DNA from: Antechinus flavipes
Taxonomy: Eukaryota
Assembly (NCBI RefSeq): GCF_016432865.1
Contig: NC_067400.1
Span: 615,660,001-615,724,000, forward strand
Reading direction: 5' to 3'
Length of the DNA stretch: 64,000 nucleotides
Position 1 is the stretch's first letter; every line of letters starts with the position of its first letter. The notes beneath the pieces are model-generated. The model did not search any database, was not told the origin of the DNA, and worked only from the letters and a program-made list of their open reading frames with translations. Made by a program: the position numbers and the translations under genes. Of the stretch, positions 23,561-33,500 are shown piece by piece.

Positions 23561-24989
23561 CTTCGTTTGTATCTGTGCCGTATCCTGTGATCCCGGGACA
23601 TCAGCCTCCTTGCTATTTCTCTGTCAGGACACTCTCACTCTAATTCCAAGAATCTGCATGGTGGTCTCCATACCTGGACCACTTTTGTCCTTTATCTCTG
23701 CCTCCTGTACTTCCTTTAACTAACTAACCATCCCACTTTCTACAAGGCAGCTTCCTCGCTCTTCCTTTTAGTTTCTTTCCCATTTATGCTTTATCTATGT
23801 TATCTGTACAGAGTAGTTTGCAGGCTGTCTCCCCGTTACCATGTGAAATTTCTTTTTACTTTCTTTGTATCCCCAGCGTTTAACACAAAATAGGCCCTTA
23901 ATAAATGCTGGAGACCTAGCAGAGGCTCCTCTGGATTGCGTAGCATCTCTGAGACTTCCTGCCCTAAATCTTTGTCTTGTGACTAGAATCCAAGAGTCAT
24001 AATGTACCTCACCCCCAATTAAATCTCTAGCATCTGTCATGTCCTGGACAAAGCTACAATCTGGGGGGAGGGAGAGGAGCTGTGTGGGACCTTAGAGAGC
24101 TTATCTTCCCCGAGAAGGAACAGTTTTTGAAGATGCTTTGTCTGCTCCTCACTGCACAGGACAACCAGAGAACTGGGCTCAATTGCAGATAATGTGTAAT
24201 AATCACCTACAGGGGCTTCCAGTTACCCCGTAGGAGCATGGGAGCTCAGCCTTGACCTCAGGGAGCTCCTGGTCGGAGGCCAGAGACTAGGACTTTGCGC
24301 TGAAGGATTCCTAGCCTTGGCTCTGGAGGGAACAAGCCCCAGTCCTCTATCAGTCAACAAACCCTCTTAATCACCTGCTATCTGCCGGCAACGTCCTAAG
24401 CACAAAGATAGCAGTGAATGGCTCCCTCCCTTCAATGAGTTTACAATCTAAGGCTGGGATGATCTGTACACACAGTAGGAGTCCCAGAGAACAGAGGAAA
24501 TCCATCATAATTTCACTGGGGATCAGGAAATGTAGAAGCTGGTGCTTGAACTGAGACCGAAGTAACCATGAATTCTGGGAGATGGAAGTGATGGGAAGTC
24601 CCCCATGTCTGGGGCACTGCTGGGGCAAATGTTAGAGATTGCAGATGGAGTGCAAGGGCTGCTTGCTGGACTTGAGAACTTGGAATCTGGTGTCTTTTTA
24701 AGAGGTGGGGTGACCATTAACTAATATGGAAATATGTTTTACATGATTGCACATGTATAACCCATATCGAATTGCTTATTATCTCGGGGAAGGAGGAGGG
24801 GAAGATGAGAATTTAAAACTCAAGACTTTTAATTTTAAAAGTTTAAAAAGTTAAAACTGTTTTTATATGTGACTGAGGAAAATGTTATTCAAAGGAAAAA
24901 AAGAGTCGGGGTGACTCATCAGAGGAGAATGATTTGAGTCCAAGAAGGAAGAGAGGGAGGGAAGGAGGGAGGCAACAAGCATTGAAATA

Positions 24990-25735
24990 TTAAGCTCCTC
25001 AATTGGGAACTATGCCCAAAGGGCTCTAAAATTGTACATCCCCTTTGATCCAGCAATGTTTCTACTTGATCTGTATCCTAAAGAGATCAAAAAAGGGGGG
25101 AAAGAACCCTCATGTGCAAAAGTGTTTTTGTAGTGGCAAGGAACTGGAAAATGAGCGGATCCCCATCAGTTGGGAAATGGCTGAATGACTTATGGGATAT
25201 GAATATAATGGGATATTATTCTTCTATAAAAATGACGAGCAGGCTGACTTCAGAAAAGCCTGGAAAGATTGACAGGAACTGATGCTGAGTGAAGTGAGTA
25301 GAAACAAGAGAACATTGTACACAGCAACAAGATTATATTTTGGTCAACTGCAATGTACTGGCTCTTTTCAACAATGAGATGATTCAGGCCATTTGCAATA
25401 GGCTTGTGATGGAGAGAGCCATCTGCACCCAGAGAGAGGATTGTGGGAACTGAGTGTGGATAACATCGCATTTTCTCCTTTTTTGTTATTGTTTGCTTGG
25501 TTTTTTTCTTCCTCATTTTCCCCTTTTGATCTGATTTTTCTTGTGCGGCATGAAAAATGTGGAAAGATGTCTAGAATTGCAAACGTTTAACTTACATTGA
25601 ATTACTTGCTGTCTAGGTGGAGGTGGGGGGAGAAGGGAGGGAAAAATTTGGAACACGAGATTTTGCAAGGGGGAATGTTGAAAATTATCTTTTCATGCAT
25701 GTTGAAAAATAAAATGCTATCATAAAAAAAATTAA
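24990..25735 (+). mobile_element. Marsupial L1 3' end
   Basis: ccctttgatccagcaatg...tatcctaaagagatc...ggaaatggctgaat...gaactgatgctgagtgaagtgag, followed by the 3'UTR and an A-tail. Confidence 0.8.
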
Positions 25736-27029
25736 GCTCTTAGCATGTGGCAGACAACATGGAGACTACAGATACAAGTAAAAAGACAGTCTTGCAATCA
25801 AAGAGTTTATGTTCTAAATGTGGGAGACAAACCAGAAAAGCCAGCTGGAAAGATGAGGGGCATCGTGGAGATACCAGATCCAGGTAAACAGGTGCTCAAT
25901 TGTCTCTCCAGGGCAAAAAATGTACACTAGACACACCTTTAAGCTTAATCTGATTTATTAATTTTTTTTCTTAGGCTAGAAATCAATGGAACAATCAATC
26001 AATCAAGCCCAGAGTAAATTTAACAACTGGCTAAAAAAGCCTTAGGCTCAGGCCCTCCAGACACAAAGTATATGATTTTTCAGAAAGTGAAAACCTCCCA
26101 GGTACCTCTGCAAGTCTAGAAATAAATTCATAATTCAGGGCCAGAAAGATTTTAAGGAGCTAAGAGGTAGAAGAAATGGTAAATCATTGTAGTGTCTCTG
26201 CCAAAACAACTCCAAATGAGGTCAGAAAGGGTTGACATGACCGAAAAAAACTCAGCAAAAACAATGAGGCTGGAATACAAACCAACCAATGCCCACATTT
26301 ATTAAGTGCCTACTTTTAAATTATTTTACTGAGTATTTTTATTAAATACCTACTTTTTATTAAGTACTTTTTATTAAATACTATATAAAGTACTTTTTAT
26401 TAAGTGACTATTTTTTAATTAAGTACTTTTTTTTCTTTTACTATTAAGCGCCTACTCTATGGGTGGCACACATACACGGATACAAAAATATCCAAGCCCA
26501 TTCTCCTCCTGGGGCTGAGGATTGTACCTAGTTTGTTCTGATGTGGTCTGGAGGGACTAATCGAAGTGAGGAAAGAATTGAGAGTGGGGATGAAGCCAGA
26601 CACCTTCTGGGAGAGGGTGAGGGAGCCTTTAGCTGTGCTTTACAACAGAGACAAACTTGGGAGTATTTATGTCCTGCTCATCTGCAGATTCCCATCATTC
26701 CCGGGTCTGTGGGCCTCCTGCTCAGGTCCTTTCTGAGGTGGCTGTCGGGAGGCTCCCAGGCTTAGAAATTCACCTAGAATGCATACTCCTGGGAATTTGA
26801 GGATTGTAAACCCCTAGAAAGCATTGTCTGTATCTTGCTTTTTTTCTTTCTCCTAGGAGATACAAGAGTTTAAACCAACCAAAAAAAAAAAAAAAAAAAA
26901 AAGGCAAAGATCTCTCTTACCATTCTAATAAGATCTTCACCATGCCATCAGGTTAATGTGAGTCCTCAATTTAAATAAGTCATACCATTAAAAAAATGGA
27001 AGAGAAGCAACAATTACAGGCTGAAGTAT

Positions 27030-28580
27030 TTTTTTTTTTTAAAGGCAATCAGGGTTAAGTGATTTGCTCAGGGTCACAAAGCCAGTAATTGTTAAATATC
27101 TGAACCTGGACTTGAACTCAGGTTCTCCTGATTCCAGGGCACCTGCTCTATCCACTGTGCCTACTAATAGTGAGAAATAAAAATATATCATATTTCTCAG
27201 ATGATTCACTATCCTTTTTGAAGTAGCTTATTTTCAAAATACGTGCGAATAGTTTTCAACATTCACCCTTGCAAAACCTTGGGTTCTAAATTGTTCTCCC
27301 TTCCTTCCCTGCCCCCTTCCCTAGACAGCAAGCAGCTGAAGGTTAAACATGTCCAATTCTGCACAGAAAAACCATCCAATAGCCATTCTTCAATAAGTGG
27401 TGAAAAAACAAGGACAAATGGTTCTCACAAGAACTGTGAAATGTTTGCCACCCTGTAAAAGAATGCCCCAAATCACTAACAAGAGTGCAATGGTGAAGGT
27501 TGAAGACTATACATGTGTTTTGAAGAAAAAGACAAGCACACCGATGCATTGTTGGTGGAGCTGTGGTCGCTAGTGAGTCTTTTCAGCAGCGAGGTGATTC
27601 AGTCCAGTTCTGTTGGTCTTGTGATGGAAAGGGACATCTGCACCCAGAGAGACTGTGGGGACTGGGTGTGGATCAGAACATTTGCCTTTTCACTTCTGTT
27701 GTTTGCTTGCATTTTATTTTCTTTCTCATTTTCCTCCTTTTCACCTGATTTTTCTTGTGCGGCATGATAATTGTGGAAATATGTATAGAAGAATTACACA
27801 TGTTTAACGTATATTGGATTGCTTGCCATCTAGGGGAGAGATAAGGGACAGAGAAAAAAAATGTTAACACAGGGTTTCACAAGGGTTAATGTTAGAGACT
27901 ATCCATGTGTTTTGAAAATAAAAAACTTTATATATATATATATATACATACATATATATATATTTTTTAAAGGCACACTCATGCATTATTGGTGGAGCTG
28001 TGGTTACTAGTTTTGGAAAGCATTTTCGATTTAGGGAATTTCAAAGTCCAAACCCTTTGACTCAGATGTTCCACTATTATTAGGCATATATCCTAAAGGC
28101 AATTGATGACAAGAACGTCCCCACAATACACTAAAATATTTATAGCAGCACTTCTGGTGAGGGCAAAGAATTGGAAACAAAGTTAATCCCCATGGATTGG
28201 GGAATAGCTGAACAAATTGTGGTCCACTTTTATAATGGAGTCTTGGGAAACAACTAAAAAAAACACACTGGATATTATTTATTATGCAAAAACTTAAATA
28301 AGCAAGTGGAGGTGCCACAAAACAAGAACAAATCACAACCCAGCATGGCTTCAGACTGGAGATATAAAGAGACACCTCCCAGCGTTCCTTGGTGAAAGGG
28401 TGTGGGGGTGTGTCCACTGGTGAGCAATGACACGTTTTCATATTTACAAGTTTTCTGGTATTCCTTTGTTGGGGAGCTTTTTCCTCTCTTTTTTAAAAAA
28501 AAATTCCTTGTTATTTGGCTCTCTTGAAGAGGGGGAGGAGGAAATTAAAGTGATTTTGAAAGCAAAAATAAAAATCAAAT
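27030..28580. mobile_element. Cluster of SINE (27030-27160, -) and L1 3' fragments (about 27170-27340 -, 27550-27920 +, 27965-28580 +)
   Basis: WSINE1-like antisense copy plus L1 motifs (ggtggagctgtg...ccctttgactcag...taggcatatatcctaaag...aattggaaacaaag). Boundaries are approximate. Confidence 0.65.
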
Positions 28581-29224
28581 TCATTTTAAAAAGAAAAAAG
28601 AATATGAGCTCTTTGAAGACAGGACCTGCTTTTACCTTTACTTCCATCTCCTGTTTGGACCAGAAACCCCGAGGGTCTCTTCCCCTCCCAGATCTTTTTT
28701 TTTTTTTTTTTAATTGGTGAAAGAAGCCATCTTCTGCCTCATTTCTTATCTCGTCTCAATCCCTGAATGGGCAGTGACTTTATTCAGAGTGAGACTTGTC
28801 AGAGTCCCGAGTTCTAAAAGACCCAGGTCTCCCAATGCATCGGCGGCCATCCCCAGGGGTCCAGATCCGTCTCTGGCCACTGGACCCAGATGGCCCTGGA
28901 GGGGAAAGCGAGGCAGGTGACTTTGCACCTCGCTTAAATCCAATTCACTTGCAGCTCCCGTATCACCTCCCGCTCTCAAGGTCGCCTTCTAGAAGGAAGG
29001 AAAAACAATCTCCACGACTCGACACGGAGTCTGACTCGCAGGACGTGCTTAATGAATGCTTGTGGGTTGACGGAGGTTCTGAAAGGTTCCGAAAAGTTAG
29101 CAGCTGCCTAAAGCCACAGGCGTTTGGAGACGGGAACTCCGACGTTCTACCTCCGAAGCCAGCCTTCTCCTTGCTCTGCAGGGGAAGGAACCACTCTCGT
29201 TTCACCCTAGAAACTTCAAGCGTC

Positions 29225-29750
29225 TCCCTCTCCCCAACTCTCTCGTAGGCCCCCGAGGTTTCTCCCCAGCATCCCTCACAGTTCTCCAATGTCCCTTTCC
29301 GCGGCTTTCCTCGTAGCTCCCCTAGGTCCCTCTCCCCAGCATCCCCTGAGGCTTCCTGATGCTCCCTCTCCCCAACATCTCTCATAGCTCCCCTAGGTCC
29401 CTCTCCCCAGCATCCCCTGAGGCTTCCTGATGCTCTCTCTCCCCCACATCTCTCATAGTTCCCTAAGATCCCTGTCCCCAGCATCCCCTGAGGCTTCCTG
29501 ATTTTCCCCCTCCTCACCTCTCCTAGCTCCCCTAGGTCCCTCTCCCCAGCATCCCTGGTAGTTCCCTCTCCCCAACTCTCTCGTAGGCCCCCGAGGTCTC
29601 TCCCCAGCGTCTCTCCTAGCTGCCCAAGGTCCCTCAAACAGCCAAGGTCCCTCTCCCCAGCATCCCCCGAGGCATCCTAATGTTCCCTCTCCCCAACATC
29701 TCTTGTAGCTCCCCAAGGTCCTTCTTATCATCCTCCGAGGCTTCCTCTCA
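29225..29750 (+). repeat. Composite C-rich minisatellite immediately upstream of the SLC1A5 promoter
   Basis: Interleaved units agctcccctaggtccctctccccagcatccc / ctgaggcttcctgat / ccctctccccaac(a)tctctc, with more than 10 ccctctcccc cores. Confidence 0.85.
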
Positions 29751-29899
29751 ACCCGTAGCCCTCTAGCCCCTCCCCCAGGGTTGTTGGTTCCACGAGTGCA
29801 GTCCAGGAGGATCCTGGGGCTGGGAACGGTTGGGGGCCGTTGTGGACCAGTTGGTGCTTCTGGCGGGAAAGTGTCTTAGCTCTCGCCCTTCCACCTCCT

Positions 29900-30556
29900 C
29901 CGCCGAGCCCCCCACAAGTACCGCCCCGCGCATTGTTTTCCTCTCCCCCGCCCCCCAGCCCAGGAGCCGAGACTCGGCCCGGAAAAGGCGGGGGGGAGGG
30001 CGCGGAGCGCTCTACGGCCAATCAGCGCCCCGGGGCCCCGCCCCCGTGAGTAGGGGCGGGCCGGGCTGGGGGCGGTCTCGGAGCCGGGCTTAATCCCCGG
30101 GTTTCCGCCGTCCAGGCTCACAGGCTCTCCGAACGCCGGCTCTAGCGTCCTTCTGCCGGACGGGCGCCGCCTCCGCGCCGCAGCCGGCCAGCTGTGCGCT
30201 GCCGCTCACCCACGGGCCGGCAGGCCAGGAGCCGAGGCTCTCCCCGGGACCCCAGCGCCCGCTGACCGCAGGGCTCGGGAGCCCCCCGGCGCCGCTGACC
30301 GCAGGACTCGGGAGGCCCCCGGCTCTGGGCTAGCGGAGCGCGAGCGGTGCCCCGGGAGCCCGGGCTTTGGCCTCATTGCCCTCCCGGAGGCGGGAGGCAC
30401 CGAGCCCGGGGAAGAAGCTCGCCTCCGAGGGGGTGGAGAACTGAGCCGGGCGGCCCCGCTGAGCTCCGAGGCGTCCGGAGAGCCCGAGGGAGCCGGCTCT
30501 TCGGACCTCGCGGAGTCTTCCCCGGCGCCCGGCCCCGAGAACCCTAGGGGGCAGAG
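29900..30556 (+). promoter_or_regulatory. SLC1A5 CpG-island promoter and 5'UTR
   Basis: GC boxes (ggggcgggccggg, ccccgcccc), GGCCAATCAG at about 30017 and high CpG density. There is a 33-nt tandem duplication in the 5'UTR at about 30261-30323. Confidence 0.75.
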
Positions 30557-33500
30557 ATGGTGGCCGAGACGGCCCCTGGAAGCCCCAAGCCGGGCGCGGT
30601 CAACGGCGCGGGCCCTCCCAGCGCCCAGTCCTCCGGCTGCTGCGGGGGGCTGCGGCCGCCGCGGGTGCGCTCGTGCCTGCGCGCCAACCTGCTGGTGCTG
30701 CTGACCTTGGCCGGAGTGGCGGCCGGCGCGGCCGTGGGCTTGGCCGTGGCGCGCTGGGGGCCGCGCCTGGGCCCCGCGCAGCTGGTCGCCTTCTCGTTCC
30801 CGGGCGAGCTCCTGTTGCGCCTGCTGCGTCTCATCATCCTGCCGCTCGTGGTGTGCAGCCTGGTGGGCGGCGCCGCCAGCCTGGACCCGGCCTCGCTCGG
30901 CCGCATGGGCGGCTGGGCGCTGCTCTTCTTCCTGCTCACCACGCTGCTGGCCTCTGCCCTGGGCGTCGGACTGGCCTTCGCCCTGAGCCCCGGAGTGGGC
31001 ACCCAGGCCGGGGGGAAGCAGGACGCGCAGCTGCCCCCCACCAAGGAGGTGCTCGACTCCTTCCTGGACCTCTTCAGGTACCCGCCCGCCGCCGGCTCCA
31101 CGTGGTGCGGCTCACTGCCACGTAGGGCCCGGATGTGGGGTCCCCCCCCCATCTGTCCCCTGGGTGAGCCGGCCGCCGCCACCCCTTCCCCGCCCTCCAG
31201 TGGTCCACCGAGGGCAGCATCGCTCAGCCCCGGGAGTTTGGCTGAGGGGAAGCGAGCGCAAGTTAGTCCTTTCCTGGCCCCTGAAGCCCCCTCCCCGCTA
31301 TTGGCGAGGGATGGACTGACCAGACTGACCAGACTGGGCTCGCCTAGGGCCATTCCTCCTCCTCTTTGCCGGCCCAAGCTGGGATGCGCTTTTTGTTTTG
31401 CTCCTCCCGGGGGGAGGGGGTGGATCGAGTCTTTTCCAATGCTTTTCCCTCCAACCCGCTTCCGTGGGGGTCAGCACACTTGACGGGCTCGGGAAACTGC
31501 CCGCCGGCCCCTCCCCCGTCTCCAGCTGAAAGGCAAGCCCATTCCTGTCTGAGGATTGGGACACTTGTGTCCAGATAAATTACCCCCTCCGCTCCCCTCC
31601 CCTCCCCCCGCCCCCAGGCCGATGATTCAGTATTTCTGTTTAGGGAAATGGAATGTTGGATTGGAAAGATCTGCTTTCTTGAGCCATTCACTTAAGCTCT
31701 CTGTGCCTCAGTTGTGAAGAACTCCAGAGGCGGGAGCCTCCGTCTGCCCTCCCATCCCTTCGGCTTCTTTGAGGGAAGCTGAGGCTGAGCCGGGCCCCCC
31801 AGGGCTAGCGGCTCGAGATCCCTGCCTGAGGGACTTGGAGGTCTCTGGGTAAAAGCAGATAATCTCAGGACGCACTTGGCAATCTGAGGGCTCAGACCCT
31901 TTCCTCCCTCTGCTCTAGAACCCGGGCGCTAGGGATGGACTTGGACTTCTGGGGCTCTGTTTACTCTGCCCAGTCGGCGTCAGAGGGATGGGCCGACTGA
32001 GCAGGCGGGACCTGAGATAACCCCGGGGACTGGGGACCGCCTGGAGTCTTCTGATAAAGAGGGGACTGAAGGGAGTTCAGGTAGCACTGCATCGGCCTCC
32101 AGGGCCAGGGGATCCCGGCCCCAACTTCACCCCCACGGGCCAGGGGCTACCCCTGCACTCCCCGTTCGCACTAAAGCTGACAGGATTACCCCCAGGCGCA
32201 TAGACACTGGCTGGCGCAGCGCCTTTTCTCCCTGAGGGACTTAGAGTACTCCAGGCTTGCTCTCCCTCTCACACATTCAGCCTCGCTCGCACACTCACAC
32301 ATTCTCACACACACTTTTAATCTCTCACATTTTTTCTCTCTCCCTCTGTCACACACACACACACACACACTCCTTTTGCTTCTCAAACAGCAAACACAAT
32401 ATCGCAGCCATCCCAGGAACAAAACTCCCTGGGGTGATTAACACTTGCGGCCTCTGCAATGTCTGCCTGGGCAGCCATCTGTCAGGGGCAGGTGCTTGAG
32501 AGAGAAGGGGGACCTACAGGGTGAGAGGGTGCTCGGGTTCCCCTCCCCCGCCCCGGGTGTCTGGCCCAACCATCTGTCTCTGAGTGGGTCAGAGAGGGGG
32601 GTTCTTTTTCCCCTCCCCTCCGTAGCTGTCTCGAGTTACAGAAACAAGTCTGTACAAAAGGCATGTGTTTTGAGGGTGTTCATGTACACAAATGTATGGA
32701 GGTATCCTGTTCACACAGACGTATGTCTGCCGGAGGAAGGGAGTTTCTGACCCACGAAAAAGTCCCCAGGGTGTGGCCCCCGCCCGCAGCCCACGTGGGG
32801 TTCTTTGCGTTCTCTGTCAGGTTCCAGCTAATCAGAAGCTTGCAGGAGGGCTCTCCTCAGGATCCCCAAAGCCCAGTGGGGGAGGGAAGTAGTAGAGGGC
32901 ACCAGGGAGCAGCAGGGGCTCTGGTTGGAAGTCCAGAGGGTTCTCCATCCAGAAGGCCTCCTGTTTTAGTCACCGTGATGTCAGCCTGGAACTGCCTTTT
33001 CCCCTTCTGTCACCGACCCCAAGTTTCTCACACTCAACACAGTCTCACCAGCTTCATGGGGTGGTGCTGCCAGCTGGCAGGGAGGGCATAGGGGAGGGGA
33101 ATGCAGGGAAGCCTCCCCCAGCCTGCTCAGGAACACCTTCCCTCCCCTGAAACGGGCTGAAAGGGTTTTGGGGGAGAGAGCCTGGTGTCCCCGGCTCTCT
33201 CTCCTCTCCCCACATTACTCCCTTCTCCTGGGCCTGGCTCCAGCATGGGAATGGAGGGGGAGCTGCTTTTTGCTTTGCTGCCCCCCACACTGAAGATGCT
33301 CCTCATGGGCCTCCCTGGCCAGAGGGACTGCCTGTTCCTAGCCTTCCTCTCTGGCTCTTTCTTCTTCCAGTGGTGTGAAAGGATCAACAGTCCCCCCAGA
33401 ATGGGATGGGGGCCAGGCCCTGCCCCACCCCACAGCTGGGTGACTGGGCAGAGACTTTGGGCTGAGAAGTTTTCCTTTTGCTTCCTCCAGTATTCAACCA

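Noticed and set aside
28963-29637. 224-aa minus-strand ORF upstream of SLC1A5
   Set aside because: Largely a translation of the composite VNTR (repeated GCWGEG and DAGERDL), starting at a non-ATG codon.
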